A DNA stretch of 64,000 nucleotides from Terracidiphilus sp. (GCA_035550015.1 DASZRJ010000015.1:73521-137520), one strand, 5' to 3'. Shown: positions 27,433 to 38,663, numbered from the stretch's first letter. Notes: generated from the sequence alone by a model not told the origin. Translations and numbers: made by a program.

Positions 27433-29535
27433 GTGCGTTTTCGCAGCCGGTTTTCGCTCGCCTTGCTGTTGGTGGTGTTTGCTTCGGGTATCAGTTCCGC
27501 CGCAACTGAGCCATCACAAAATTCCACGCCCCGAAATACGGCCGGTTCAATTCAGCCATCCTCAGCAGGAGAAAGTATCTCTCTCGGCCGTGCTGCGGTT
27601 CCTCTCTACAAACATTGGAAGTTCACCACAGGCGACTCGCCCATCGATCCGCAAACCGGCCGGCCTCTCTGGGCCGAACCAGGCTTCGACGATTCACATT
27701 GGGAAGACGTTAACCTGACTCCCGCCGAAGGTGCACAAAACCCCATTACCGGAACATCCGGTTACGTGCCGGGCTGGACGGCCAAAGGACACCCAAATTA
27801 CTGGGGATATGCATGGTATCGCATCCGCGTGCGCGTCAGCTCGGAGCCCGGCGTCAGCTTCGCTCTCGCAGGTCCCGCAGTTGACGATGCTTACCAAATC
27901 TATGACAACGGAACTTATTCAGGGCATTTCGGCGAATTCCTGCCGCATGGCTTCAGACTCTATTACTCGCAGCCGGTAATGTTTGAGCTTCCGTCAGCCT
28001 CAATCGACTCCGCAGGCCAATCCACGCATGTTCTCGCCTTCCGTGTCTACATGCAGCCGTCGACACTCTACCAGGGATCGGGTGTTGGCGGATTTGAAGC
28101 TGCGCCTGTCATCGGAGAGAGTTCCGCAATCGCTCTCGTTCATCAGTCCCACCGTAATCAGCTCATCCGCACATATCTCTGGGAACCCATTGAGGCAGTT
28201 GTCTTCTTTCTCCTTGGCTTACTTGCGTTCAGTCTTGCCTTCTTTGACCGTTCCGATCGCGTTTACCTGTGGATTGGTGCGTTGTTGCTGATTACCGCCA
28301 TCGATGCGACCTCTGGCGCCCTCGCCGTGTGGACTACGTACATCGATGCACGCTACGACCTCGTCTCGCATAACTATGTCTTGTTCTCACTGGAGTATGC
28401 GAGTTGGGTGATGATTTGGCGTGTCTGGTTTCGTCAGAAGCGCCCCACGTGGATGCCATGGGCTCTCATCCCGCTTATTCTCATTCTCTGTGTGGCCCAG
28501 GCACTCAGCGAAAATTTCTTCAGCGCCACGGCGGGTACCGCATTCACATCCATTGGGCACACGGTTTCCCTGCTCTTGCGGCTCACACTGGCAGGCTTTC
28601 TGCTTTTCATCGTTGTCAAGGCAATCCGCGAACAGGGTATTGAGGGTTGGCTGGTATTGCCGGCGGTTTTGCTTGAAAGCGCCGCCGAATTTTCACATGA
28701 AATCTCAGTGCTCGGCAGTCGTGCCTCGTGGTTCCCCTTCGGTGTCCAGATCACACTCCCCGTCGCGTCGCATCTGATCCTTGTCCTTGTGCTCACCGTG
28801 CTTCTGGTGCGCAGGCTCATCCTCTCTCTTCGCCGTCAGCGCATTCTCGCGCTCGATGTAAAACAGGCGCAGGAAGTGCAGCGCGTCATTCTGCCTGAAG
28901 CCCGCACCATGGTACCCGGCTTGTCGATTGAAAGCATCTATCGTCCGGCACGCGAAGTGGGCGGCGATTTCTTCCAGGTCATGGCTCATCCCACCGACGG
29001 CAGTGTTCTCATCGTTGCAGGAGATGTCGCAGGCAAGGGCCTTCAAGCGGGCATGCTCGTGGCTCTGCTGGTCGGCGCCATTCGCTCCACGGCGGAAGCC
29101 ACTGCCGACCCGTTATCGTTGATCCAGGCGCTTAACCGCCGCCTCATTGGCCGTGGAGAAGCTCACGCCACGTGCCTCGCTCTTCGCATCGCTGCCACAG
29201 GATCCGTCGCGCTCGCCAACGCGGGCCATTTGCCGCCTTATCTCAACGGAAATCCCATCGCGATGGAGGGCGCGCTCCCGCTCGGTTCCTTCGAGGAAGC
29301 CGAGTTCTCCGTCACGCATTTTCAATTGCAGCCCAATGACCGCCTCGTGCTCGTCTCGGACGGCCTAGCCGAAGCCATGAACCCGCAGGGAGAGCTCTTC
29401 GGATTTCCGCGTGTTCAGGAGCTGGTTCAGACTGGCATTTCTGCCTCTGATTTGGCCAATGCCGTTCAAACTTTCGGACAGGAGGACGATATCAGCATCA
29501 TCGCCCTTACCAGAACCGCCAGCGCAATCGCCTGA
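27433..29535 (+). CDS. PP2C/SpoIIE (RsbU-like) phosphatase with periplasmic sugar-binding-like domain and about 7 TM
   Basis: GGDFF, GDVAGKG, NAGH, SDGLAE, EDDISII; periplasmic WKFTTGD...GYAWYR beta-sandwich. GTG 27433 is the probable start (ORF open from 27391). Confidence 0.85.
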   Translation: MRFRSRFSLALLLVVFASGISSAATEPSQNSTPRNTAGSIQPSSAGESISLGRAAVPLYKHWKFTTGDSPIDPQTGRPLWAEPGFDDSHWEDVNLTPAEGAQNPITGTSGYVPGWTAKGHPNYWGYAWYRIRVRVSSEPGVSFALAGPAVDDAYQIYDNGTYSGHFGEFLPHGFRLYYSQPVMFELPSASIDSAGQSTHVLAFRVYMQPSTLYQGSGVGGFEAAPVIGESSAIALVHQSHRNQLIRTYLWEPIEAVVFFLLGLLAFSLAFFDRSDRVYLWIGALLLITAIDATSGALAVWTTYIDARYDLVSHNYVLFSLEYASWVMIWRVWFRQKRPTWMPWALIPLILILCVAQALSENFFSATAGTAFTSIGHTVSLLLRLTLAGFLLFIVVKAIREQGIEGWLVLPAVLLESAAEFSHEISVLGSRASWFPFGVQITLPVASHLILVLVLTVLLVRRLILSLRRQRILALDVKQAQEVQRVILPEARTMVPGLSIESIYRPAREVGGDFFQVMAHPTDGSVLIVAGDVAGKGLQAGMLVALLVGAIRSTAEATADPLSLIQALNRRLIGRGEAHATCLALRIAATGSVALANAGHLPPYLNGNPIAMEGALPLGSFEEAEFSVTHFQLQPNDRLVLVSDGLAEAMNPQGELFGFPRVQELVQTGISASDLANAVQTFGQEDDISIIALTRTASAIA

Positions 29536-29568
29536 TATCGCTTCGGCCAATCCGTTCAAGGCGCTCTC

Positions 29569-32001
29569 TCACTCGTACCGCAACGCCGCCATCGGGTTCA
29601 TCTTCATGGCGCGCCGCGCCGGAATTAGAATTGCCAGCAGCGCCGCAGCCAGAAGAAGCAGGACTGCGCCTCCCAGCGCTACAGGATCCGATGGCCGCAC
29701 AGCAAACAGAAGTCCTTTGATCAACTGCGTCAGAGCCAGCGACAGCATCACGCCTACGGCAAGCCCAATCGCAATCGTCGACATGCCGCTGCGCACCATC
29801 ATGCGCATCACCTGGCCTCGGTCGGCGCCCAGCGCCATACGCACTCCAATCTCCACCTGCCGTTGCGCCACGCCGTATGACATCACTCCGTAAATTCCAA
29901 TGGAGGCCAGCAGCAATGCAAGACTGGCAAAGCATCCAAGCAGAATCAGCGCCAGTTTTCTCCGTTGTAGTGAATCGCCCATTACTTCCTTCATCGTCAG
30001 CACGTGATACACCGGCAGGTCCGGATCAAGTGACAGCACCTGCCGCTGAATCGTCGAAGCAAGGTTCATTGGATTCCCCGAAACTTTCACTGCCAGCGTC
30101 ATGCTGCGATACGCCGTCTGATTCTCCGGCCAATACACCTCCACGCGTGAGCGTGCCTCCAGAGTTCGATTCCGCACCGGACGCACAACGCCAATCACGG
30201 TCGCCCAGGGGCTCGCCGAGCCCGGACCTCCCGTGTGTACCCGCTTGCCAATTGGGTCCTGATTTGGCCAATACCGCTCCGCCAGACTCTCGTCCACAAT
30301 CGCCACCGGAGGAGCGCCGTCTGTATCCCGCGCCTCAAACGCGCGCCCTCGCAGCAGTGAAATGCCCATCGCCTTGAAATAGCCTGGCGTCGCCACACGC
30401 TGATCCGCTTCCGGTGCTCTGTCTTCCATCGGAACCGACTGCGTATCGACGGTTAGCGTTCCCGACCCTCCGTCGCCGCTCAGGGGCAAGCCAGAAACCG
30501 CTCCAGTCGCTTCCACTCCCGGCAACCGCCGCACGCGATCCAGCAATTCGTTGTAAAATGCGCGCCGCTGTTCCGGCTTGTTATAAATCGCATCGGGCAG
30601 AGAAACGCGCATTGTCAGCACGCCATCCGGCTTAAATCCAGAGTCAACCTGCAGAATCTGCGCAAAGCTGCGTAGCAGTAATCCAGTACCGGCAATCAAC
30701 AGCATGGAGAGTGCCGTTTCGCAAATTACAAGAGTGTTGCGCAACCGCCTCGAACGCTTCCCCTCTGTGGTGCGAGCACTTTTCAATCCGTCGAACTGCT
30801 TCTTGCGCGCAGCCTGCCATGCCGGCGCCAGACCGAACAGAATTCCGGCCGCAATTGTGATTGCGGCCGTTACCACCAGCGCGCGCCAATCCACTGAAGT
30901 CGAAACCGCGCGCGGCAGCGTCTTCGCCGCCATGGCGACCAAGCCGCGCAGCAGCCACGGAGTCACTGCCAGGCCAACTACTCCTCCAGCGCAGGCCAGA
31001 ATCACGCTCTCCGTGAGCAACTGCCGCGCCAGCCGCGTGCCGCTTGCTCCCAGCGCCATGCGCGTTTCCATTTCGCGCTGCCGCTCGGTTGACCTTGCCA
31101 GCAGCAGGTTTGCGATATTCACACACGCAATTAGCAGAACAAGTCCCACGGCAGCCATCAGCACCAGCAGAGAAGGCTTCACATCGCCCACCGTCTCCTC
31201 CAGCAACGGATGCAAAATGATGCCGAAGTCGAACTTCGAGTACGGGTATGACGCGTGCTCCTTCATCATCGTCTGGCCCACACGATTCATATCGTCCTGC
31301 ACCTGAGCCATGCTCAGACCTGGCTTGATGCGGCCAATCACTTCGAGGCCATGATTGCCGCGGCTGTCCTCGCTCAGTGCGCCCGGACTAAACGCCATCG
31401 GCCCCCATATCTCCGACTCTTCCGGATACGAAAACCCCTTCGGCATCACGCCCACCACTGCCATCGGCACACCGTCAATGTCAATCGTGCGGCCCACAAC
31501 TGTGCGGTCGCCCGCATACACACGCTGCCAAAGCCCGTAGCTCAGCACTACCTCGTTATCGCGTCCAGGCTGCGCTTCTTCGGGCAGAAATGTTCTTCCA
31601 AGTAACGGCTGCACACCGAGCATCGAGAACAGTTCCGGCGATACGCTGGCGCCTACCACGCGCAAAGCGCTTCCCTTCGCGCCAAGATTCACCGAGCCAT
31701 ATCCCATCGCGGCCAGAGATTCAAAACTGTGATTGAGCTGTTTAAAATCCTGAAATTCCGGCGCAGACACCGCATTTTGGTCATTCGGTAGGCCAATGCC
31801 CGTGAAGCGTGTCCATACTTTCACCAGCTTTTCCGGCTGTGAGTATGGCAATGGCTTTAACAGCACTGCATCCAGCACACTGAAAATCGCCGCATTCGCG
31901 CCAATACCCAGCGCCATCGTCAGCACAACCACAGCCGTAAATCCGGGCTTCTTCGCCATCTGGCGAACAGCAAAACGCACATCCTGCAGCAGCACACTCA
32001 T
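29569..32001 (-). CDS. Duplicated MacB/FtsX-type ABC permease (ADOP-like)
   Basis: [43 protein letters not shown] twice; RBS AAGGAG before ATG 32001; no ATPase adjacent. Confidence 0.9.
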   Translation of the reverse strand: MSVLLQDVRFAVRQMAKKPGFTAVVVLTMALGIGANAAIFSVLDAVLLKPLPYSQPEKLVKVWTRFTGIGLPNDQNAVSAPEFQDFKQLNHSFESLAAMGYGSVNLGAKGSALRVVGASVSPELFSMLGVQPLLGRTFLPEEAQPGRDNEVVLSYGLWQRVYAGDRTVVGRTIDIDGVPMAVVGVMPKGFSYPEESEIWGPMAFSPGALSEDSRGNHGLEVIGRIKPGLSMAQVQDDMNRVGQTMMKEHASYPYSKFDFGIILHPLLEETVGDVKPSLLVLMAAVGLVLLIACVNIANLLLARSTERQREMETRMALGASGTRLARQLLTESVILACAGGVVGLAVTPWLLRGLVAMAAKTLPRAVSTSVDWRALVVTAAITIAAGILFGLAPAWQAARKKQFDGLKSARTTEGKRSRRLRNTLVICETALSMLLIAGTGLLLRSFAQILQVDSGFKPDGVLTMRVSLPDAIYNKPEQRRAFYNELLDRVRRLPGVEATGAVSGLPLSGDGGSGTLTVDTQSVPMEDRAPEADQRVATPGYFKAMGISLLRGRAFEARDTDGAPPVAIVDESLAERYWPNQDPIGKRVHTGGPGSASPWATVIGVVRPVRNRTLEARSRVEVYWPENQTAYRSMTLAVKVSGNPMNLASTIQRQVLSLDPDLPVYHVLTMKEVMGDSLQRRKLALILLGCFASLALLLASIGIYGVMSYGVAQRQVEIGVRMALGADRGQVMRMMVRSGMSTIAIGLAVGVMLSLALTQLIKGLLFAVRPSDPVALGGAVLLLLAAALLAILIPARRAMKMNPMAALRYE

Positions 32002-32243
32002 GGGCAATCTCCTTCGATCGTTTGAAAGGTACAGCTCAGCAGCGCGGCGAACCGCAGGCCACCTGGATACAGATTCATCGTTAAGTGCATGCAAGCGCTC
32101 TGCCAATCGCTTTACCCCTAAGTCGCTGAATCTTAGAAGCCCAATTGGCCATACCGGCGATTTGCGGTGTTCACATCGCTTCCTCACTGTTCGAAATCGC
32201 ACATATAAATCCGCCGGAAGGATGCACCGCTAAAATCATCTGA

Positions 32244-32936
32244 GTGACTTCGACTTCCAGAACTACCTTCACCTTCGGCCAGCGGATCACGCTCTTCTTT
32301 GTCCCGCGCATCGTCTGGGCGCTGCTCTGGATCGTAGGCCGCACCTGGCGCTTTGAAGTCATCGCAGAAGAGGGCGTCACACCGGTGCTCTTCGGCCAAA
32401 AACCCGGCCCGGAGATCTACTGCTTCTGGCACCAGTGCGTACTGCCCTGCACCGTGTACTTTCGCCATTCGCTCTCGTACATCCTCATCAGCCGCAGCTT
32501 CGACGGTGAACTCATCACGCGTATTCTTCTGAAATTCAACTACGGCGCAGTCCGCGGTTCCAGTTCGCGCGGTGCCAGAGAGGGCCTGCTCGGCCTCAAA
32601 CGCGTCATTGAAAAAGGCGATACAGCAATCTTCACCGCCGATGGCCCGCGCGGGCCCATCTACCAGACAAAAATGGGCCCCATTAAACTCGCGCAAATCA
32701 CAGGTGCGCCCATTGGCTGTTTTCACCTCGAGCCCGAGCATGCCTGGACGCTCAACTCCTGGGATCGCTTCCTTATTCCCAAACCCTTCACCCGCATTTG
32801 TGTGAGCTGGGCTGCTTGGACGCACGTTCCGCGCGACGCGGATGAATCGCAATTCGAGCCACTGCGCCAGCAGTTGAATGATGCAATGGAACGCGCCCGC
32901 TTGCGTGCCTATGCGCATTTTGGGAAGGTCGTTTGA
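32244..32936 (+). CDS. Lysophospholipid acyltransferase family protein (DUF374)
   Basis: [38 protein letters not shown]. Confidence 0.85.
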   Translation: MTSTSRTTFTFGQRITLFFVPRIVWALLWIVGRTWRFEVIAEEGVTPVLFGQKPGPEIYCFWHQCVLPCTVYFRHSLSYILISRSFDGELITRILLKFNYGAVRGSSSRGAREGLLGLKRVIEKGDTAIFTADGPRGPIYQTKMGPIKLAQITGAPIGCFHLEPEHAWTLNSWDRFLIPKPFTRICVSWAAWTHVPRDADESQFEPLRQQLNDAMERARLRAYAHFGKVV

Positions 32937-34012
32937 TGACCGATCTGCGCGTTTCCGATTTTGATTTCCATCTGCCCGAGGAGCTTATCGCGCAGCAGCC
33001 TCCGGCCGAGCGCGGTACAAGCCGCATGCTCGTTGTCGATCGCGCAAACGGCAATCTGCTGGACGCCTCCTTTGCGCACTTCCCATCGCTTCTCAATCCA
33101 GGCGATGTGCTTGTACTCAACGATAGCCGCGTGATTCCCGCACGTCTCTTTGCGCGCCGCACCACAGTGCGCCAACGGCAAGCCACAACAGGCCTCATTG
33201 AGGTCTTGCTCACAGAGCCCGTCGGTCCCGATGAATGGCGGGCTCTCGTGAAGCCCGGAAAGAAAGTTGGCATTAGCGACAGACTCATTTTTCCGTCCAC
33301 CTCTGGCGCCATCGAACTCGAAGCAGAAGTTCTCGACCGCGGCGACTTCGGTGAACGGCTCCTTCGATTTGAACCTTCGCAGGACTTTTTCGCCGCACTG
33401 GACCGCATCGGGCACATGCCGCTTCCGCCTTACATCCATCGCGACGACCAGGCCGCCGATCGTAGCCGCTATCAGACCATCTTCGCGCGCGATCCCGGCT
33501 CTGTCGCCGCCCCCACCGCAGGCCTTCACTTCACATCTGAAACTCTTGCCGCAATTGCCTCGCGCGGCGTTGAAGTTGTCCGCATCACGCTGCATGTTGG
33601 ACTCGGTACTTTCGCCCCTCTGCGTGTCGAGCGCGTCGCCGATGTGCAACTCCATCGAGAGCGCTACACTCTCCCTGCGGAAACCGCCTCAGCCCTCAAT
33701 CGTGCACGCACTGAAGGACGGCGCATTGTCGCCGTCGGCACCACCGTGGTTCGCACACTTGAGCACTGCGCTCTACAGGCCGGCGCAGAGCCACTCATAC
33801 CGCACTCTGGCGCGACGCAGATCTTCATTTCGCCCAGTTTTCGCTTCCAGTTGGTGAATGCGCTTCTCACCAACTTCCATCTGCCGCAATCCAGCCTGCT
33901 CATGCTCGTCAGCGCTTTCGCAGGCCGTGAACAAACCCTCGCGGCCTATGCACACGCTGTTCAAGAGCGGTATCGCTTCTTCAGCTACGGCGACTGCATG
34001 TTTCTGTGCTGA
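32933..34012 (+). CDS. queA: S-adenosylmethionine:tRNA ribosyltransferase-isomerase
   Basis: [54 protein letters not shown]. Confidence 0.97.
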   Translation: MMTDLRVSDFDFHLPEELIAQQPPAERGTSRMLVVDRANGNLLDASFAHFPSLLNPGDVLVLNDSRVIPARLFARRTTVRQRQATTGLIEVLLTEPVGPDEWRALVKPGKKVGISDRLIFPSTSGAIELEAEVLDRGDFGERLLRFEPSQDFFAALDRIGHMPLPPYIHRDDQAADRSRYQTIFARDPGSVAAPTAGLHFTSETLAAIASRGVEVVRITLHVGLGTFAPLRVERVADVQLHRERYTLPAETASALNRARTEGRRIVAVGTTVVRTLEHCALQAGAEPLIPHSGATQIFISPSFRFQLVNALLTNFHLPQSSLLMLVSAFAGREQTLAAYAHAVQERYRFFSYGDCMFLC

Positions 34013-34091
34013 CTATTGGCCTGTTACCGAAAGATTTCCCGCACGCTGAATCTGCTTCCAAGCGGTCTCTCGCCGCGCATAACGTAGTGAT

Positions 34092-35660
34092 ATGGATTTG
34101 CCCTCGACCGAGCAGCACGCACAGGGATCGACCGCAGTCGCGCCTACTTTCATGCAGCGCATCTTCACACGCAACTTCATGAACGTCGCATTGCTGATGC
34201 TGATGCCCATGCTGTTTTCATCGTTCCTCAATCTGCAGCGGCTTCTCGTTATTGATCCTGACGTATGGTGGCACCTCGCCAACGCGCGTATGCTCTTTGC
34301 CACGCATCACTTTATCTGGGCCGACACCTACTCCTTCACCGTGCATGGCCAGTTGTGGGTCAATCCCGAATGGCTCTCTGAAATTCCCCTCTGGCTCAGC
34401 TACCGCATATTCAATCTGCAGGGACTCTACCTCGTAGCCTGGCTTGGCATATGCGCCAACATCTTATTCGTCTACTGGCGGGCCATGCGCGTGTCGAACC
34501 ACGTCGGCGCTGCATTTTACGCAGCCGGTATCGCCAGCCTGATGATGACCGTCAACTGCAGCCCGCGCACCATTCAATTTGCCTATATCGCTCTGTCTGC
34601 TGAGCTCGCCATCCTTGAGACCGGCACCCCAAAACGGCAAAAGCTCCTCTGGCTTCTGCCCCCGCTATTTTGCGTCTGGATCAATCTGCACGGCACCTGG
34701 ATCATCGGCCTCGCCCTGCTTGGGCTCTATATCGTAAGCGGGCTCTTCTCGTTCAATAAAGGTGTCTTTGAACAGACCGCCTTCTCCGCGCCCGAACGCA
34801 AACGCCTGATTACTGTCTTCGCGCTTTCTGCCGCCGCACTCTTCATCAATCCCTATGGCTGGCGGCTCGTATGGAATCCATTCGACATGATGTTCAACCA
34901 GTCCACAAACATTGGAAATATCTCCGAATGGACGCCTCTCACCTTCGGCTCAATGGAGGGTGTTGCGGTACTGAGCGGAATCGCCATCATGATTCTTGCC
35001 GCCTGCCTGCGCCCCCGCAAGTGGCGCATTCATGAGCTGGCATTTGTTCTTTTCGCCTGGTTCGCCGCGCTCGATCACCATCGCTTCGCCTATTTGGCTG
35101 CAGTTATCACCACGCCTTTCGTTGCTGCTGACTTCGCCCGTACATTCTTCTCCGAGCCTGACAACAAGACCATCCCCGCAATGAATGCTCTGCTCGCCGC
35201 TGTCGCTGCCGTCGCCATGTTTTTCCTTTTCCCTTCGCAGAAGGCACTGCGTGAAGGCATTGACACATGGTTCCCGCCACGCCTGCTCGCTTCCATCCAG
35301 CCAACCTGGCGCACTTGGGCATGGGATGACCTTGGCGGAATGATGATTTTCATGGGGAAACCTGTTTTCTACGACTCGCGTGTCGATATCTTCGACCACA
35401 ACGGAATTCTGCAGGACTATCTGACCGCCATGCACGGCAGAGATGTTTTTGAAATGCTCGACAAGTACAAGATCGATCATGTTCTGGTAATGAAGAACAT
35501 GCCAATGGCGTACATCCTTTCCCGCTCATCCGGTTGGCAACTGACCGGCACTGAGGAAAGGCATGATCAGGTCTTCGTCATGTTCGCAAAAGACACTTCA
35601 TCTCATCTTGTGCCGGAGGATGCGAAGCCTATTTCGCCCCAAAGACACACGGGACATTGA
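34092..35660 (+). CDS. Polytopic membrane protein, probable GT-C-fold glycosyltransferase
   Basis: IDPDVWWHL acidic loop after TM1, WVNPEWL, WINLHG, INPYG, ISEW, about 11 TM, C-terminal periplasmic domain (FYDSRVD). Confidence 0.6.
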   Translation: MDLPSTEQHAQGSTAVAPTFMQRIFTRNFMNVALLMLMPMLFSSFLNLQRLLVIDPDVWWHLANARMLFATHHFIWADTYSFTVHGQLWVNPEWLSEIPLWLSYRIFNLQGLYLVAWLGICANILFVYWRAMRVSNHVGAAFYAAGIASLMMTVNCSPRTIQFAYIALSAELAILETGTPKRQKLLWLLPPLFCVWINLHGTWIIGLALLGLYIVSGLFSFNKGVFEQTAFSAPERKRLITVFALSAAALFINPYGWRLVWNPFDMMFNQSTNIGNISEWTPLTFGSMEGVAVLSGIAIMILAACLRPRKWRIHELAFVLFAWFAALDHHRFAYLAAVITTPFVAADFARTFFSEPDNKTIPAMNALLAAVAAVAMFFLFPSQKALREGIDTWFPPRLLASIQPTWRTWAWDDLGGMMIFMGKPVFYDSRVDIFDHNGILQDYLTAMHGRDVFEMLDKYKIDHVLVMKNMPMAYILSRSSGWQLTGTEERHDQVFVMFAKDTSSHLVPEDAKPISPQRHTGH

Positions 35661-35752
35661 ACATCACGGTACGATAAGCTCCGGTTCTACGTTCTTTGGG
35701 GAATCGAAATAATTTATTTATTTTGTTGATTTTATAGAAATGAACATGTCTT

Positions 35753-35768
35753 CGTGACTGCCATCACA
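35753..35768. promoter_or_regulatory. CRP-like box
   Basis: CGTGA-ctgcca-TCACA, one mismatch from TGTGA-N6-TCACA, about 100 nt upstream of a cNMP-domain gene and next to an AT-rich tract. Confidence 0.45.
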
Positions 35769-35870
35769 ATCATCCTTTCGGTTGAGTGAAAGGATAGACC
35801 GCAGTTGTTGCACCCGATTTCAATTCCGTGATTTGGGGGCGGTATTTGTCCCCGTTTTTGGAGCCTAAAG

Positions 35871-36284
35871 TTGAAACTCGACCCCTCGGCATTCATAGCG
35901 CAAAAATCGCTTGTCGATGCGCTTGGAAATATCGCAACTCCAGTGCCTATCGACCATGACCGCATTCTGTTTCAGCAGGGTGATGAAGCCCACGCGCTCT
36001 ATATCCTCTACTCCGGTCAGGCCACTCTCACCATGACGGCGCCGAATGGCGAGAATGTGCTGCGCGAAACAGCACTCAGCGGTTCCTTGTTCGGATTGCC
36101 CGGCGTTGTCGGTGGTGTGCCCTATTCTCTCAGTGTCACCGCACTTGCAGGCGCAAAAGTCAGTTACATCTCGCGCGAGGACTTCTCCAAAATGATGCTG
36201 AATGAGCCGGCGCTCGCCGTACAGGTTTTACAGGTGCTCGCTGCGGAGGTTCGCTCCGCACGCAGCGGCATGGTCTCTTGCTGA
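35871..36284 (+). CDS. Stand-alone cyclic-nucleotide-binding-domain protein (no HTH)
   Basis: LFQQGDEA, LYILYSGQ, ISREDF, C-helix EPALAVQVLQVLAAEVR. Confidence 0.8.
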   Translation: MKLDPSAFIAQKSLVDALGNIATPVPIDHDRILFQQGDEAHALYILYSGQATLTMTAPNGENVLRETALSGSLFGLPGVVGGVPYSLSVTALAGAKVSYISREDFSKMMLNEPALAVQVLQVLAAEVRSARSGMVSC

Positions 36285-36347
36285 GCACACAGGTTTTCAA
36301 GAATCCGTGGCGTCCGCCTCAAGGTCCAATACGATAGCATCCGGAAT

Positions 36348-38663
36348 GTGTCCGGCAGCGAATTCAATTTCAAACTCGATACGCCTATTCAATACGTACG
36401 CGGCGTTGGCCCTCGTGTGGCCCAGATTCTTGCCGGCAAAGACATCCTCACCGCCGAAGATCTTCTCTACCATCTCCCCTTCCGTTACGAAGACCGCCAG
36501 AACCCACGCAGCCTCGACGAACTGAAGCCCGGCGAAACCGCCAGCGTCATCGCGGAAGTCCGCGGTTCTTTGCTTATGCGCACGCGCCGCATGCCGCTCT
36601 TCGAGCTGACAGTGGGTCAGGGGACACAGCGCGCTCTCAAATGCCTGTGGTTCCATGCAACCTGGCTCGAGGGTAAATTCCGTGCCGGACAAACCGTTGC
36701 TCTTTACGGAAAACTTGAACCTTCCCGCTCCTCCAGCAACCTGAAGATGATTCAGCCGCAATATGAGCTGCTGCCGGATTCATCCGACGACGCGGAAACC
36801 CGTCTACTCGAAGTTGGCCGCATCACCCCCGTTTACGAGTCGCTCAGTGGCTCCATGCTTGCCTCACGCTGGCAGCGCAAGGTTATCTTTCATTTGCTCG
36901 AAAGCTTGCGAGGAGCGGTCCCTGAATGTCTTCCGCAACGCATGTTGGAACGACTCGGCATGCCCGATCGTGAAACCGCGCTGCGCGAAGTTCATTTCCC
37001 CTCCGAAAACACCGCAATGACCGATCTACAGGCCTTCGCTACACCCGCGCATCGCCGGCTCATTTTTGAAGAGCTCTTTTTTCTTGAGCTCGGCCTTGAA
37101 CTCAAACGGAAGCGCATGCGCGAGCGCCCTGGCATCGCATTCAGCACCGGCGACAAAGTCCGCGAAGCCATCCGCGAAGTACTCCCCTTTCATCCCACCG
37201 CCGCGCAAAAGCGTACACTCGGTGAAATTGTCTCCGACATGCGCCAGCCCAGCCCGATGCGCCGCCTTCTCCAGGGAGACGTCGGCTCCGGCAAGACCAT
37301 CGTCGCTCTGCAGGCCATGCTCGTCGCCATGGAGAACGGCTACCAGGCCGCCCTCATGGCGCCTACTGAAATCCTTGCCACGCAGCACTTCCTCGCCGCG
37401 CGCAAGCTTCTCGAGCGCTCTTCGCGCCGTTATCGCATTGAGTTGCTCACCGGCTCGCTCGACGAAGACCGCAAGCGCCGTGTGCGCGGCCTCATCAATC
37501 GCGGAGAAGCGCATCTGGTTATCGGCACGCACGCGCTGATCGAAGAAAAAGTTGAATTTGACCGTCTTGGCCTCGTCGTGGTCGATGAGCAGCACCGCTT
37601 CGGCGTTTTGCAGCGCTTCCGCCTCATGAAGAAGCCCTCGCAAGCGGAGCCTGATGTCCTCGTGATGACCGCTACCCCGATTCCCCGTACGCTCGCGCTT
37701 TCGCTCTATGGTGATCTTGACGTCAGTGTGCTTGACGAACTTCCTCCCGGCCGTACACCCATCGTTACCCGCCGTGCACCTGCCGAACGCGTCGACGAGG
37801 TATGGGACTTCGTCAATAAGCAGGTCAAACAGGGCCGTCAGGCATATGTCGTCTATCCGGTAATCGAAGGAACAAAAGACGACCAGCCCGAACTCGACTT
37901 CGCGCATGACGATCCATCTGCCGAAGCCGGCATGCCACCGCAGGAGATGCAACGCACCGCTCCACGCAAGGGCAAGTCCGGCGATCTGTTTCCTGGCATG
38001 AAAAAGCAAGCGGCTTCGAAGAAGAAATCTCGCAACCAATCGGATCTCAAATCTGCGGTCGACATGTTCAGACATCTCTCCGCCGGACCGCTTGCCGGAC
38101 TGCGCATTGGCCTTCTCCACGGCCGCCTCAGTGCCGACGACAAGGAAATCACCATGCGCCGCTTCCAGCGAGGTGAGATTGATGTTCTCGTTTCCACAAC
38201 CGTCATTGAAGTCGGTGTTGATGTGCCCAACGCGTCCGTCATGGTCATCGAGCAGGCGGAGCGCTTTGGCCTCGCACAGTTGCATCAGTTGCGTGGGCGT
38301 GTTGGCCGCGGCTCCGCCAAAAGCTACTGCCTCCTCGTCACAGGCAAAAAAGTATCGCCCGCCGCAGAAGAGCGTCTCGAAGCCATGGTGCGTACGCAGG
38401 ATGGCTTCGAACTCGCAGAGCTCGATCTTGCCATGCGCGGCCCCGGCGAAGTTTTCGGAACACGCCAGGCTGGCCTGCCTGACTTTCGCGTCGCCAATCT
38501 CGTACGCGACAGGAAGATGCTCGAGCTTGCGCGCATGGAGGCGGAGCGATTCGTCCATGCAAAGCAAGATGCATTTGAAGCAACGGACGCCGAAAAGGCC
38601 CGAGTTTGGGCGAGGCTCAAAATTGCCTGGCAACGCCGCTATGGTCTCGTCGAGGCCGGCTGA
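36348..38663 (+). CDS. recG: ATP-dependent DNA helicase RecG
   Basis: LQGDVGSGKT, APTEILA, DEQHRFG, MTATPIPRTL, TTVIEVGVD, QLRGRVGRG, TRQAG. Confidence 0.98.
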   Translation: MSGSEFNFKLDTPIQYVRGVGPRVAQILAGKDILTAEDLLYHLPFRYEDRQNPRSLDELKPGETASVIAEVRGSLLMRTRRMPLFELTVGQGTQRALKCLWFHATWLEGKFRAGQTVALYGKLEPSRSSSNLKMIQPQYELLPDSSDDAETRLLEVGRITPVYESLSGSMLASRWQRKVIFHLLESLRGAVPECLPQRMLERLGMPDRETALREVHFPSENTAMTDLQAFATPAHRRLIFEELFFLELGLELKRKRMRERPGIAFSTGDKVREAIREVLPFHPTAAQKRTLGEIVSDMRQPSPMRRLLQGDVGSGKTIVALQAMLVAMENGYQAALMAPTEILATQHFLAARKLLERSSRRYRIELLTGSLDEDRKRRVRGLINRGEAHLVIGTHALIEEKVEFDRLGLVVVDEQHRFGVLQRFRLMKKPSQAEPDVLVMTATPIPRTLALSLYGDLDVSVLDELPPGRTPIVTRRAPAERVDEVWDFVNKQVKQGRQAYVVYPVIEGTKDDQPELDFAHDDPSAEAGMPPQEMQRTAPRKGKSGDLFPGMKKQAASKKKSRNQSDLKSAVDMFRHLSAGPLAGLRIGLLHGRLSADDKEITMRRFQRGEIDVLVSTTVIEVGVDVPNASVMVIEQAERFGLAQLHQLRGRVGRGSAKSYCLLVTGKKVSPAAEERLEAMVRTQDGFELAELDLAMRGPGEVFGTRQAGLPDFRVANLVRDRKMLELARMEAERFVHAKQDAFEATDAEKARVWARLKIAWQRRYGLVEAG

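Noticed and set aside
32002-32202. 67-aa N-terminal extension of the permease
   Set aside because: Strong SD at ATG 32001; the extension does not convincingly resemble the family N-terminal domain.
37869-38045. Intein in RecG
   Set aside because: No splicing termini or HINT motifs; too short and low-complexity.
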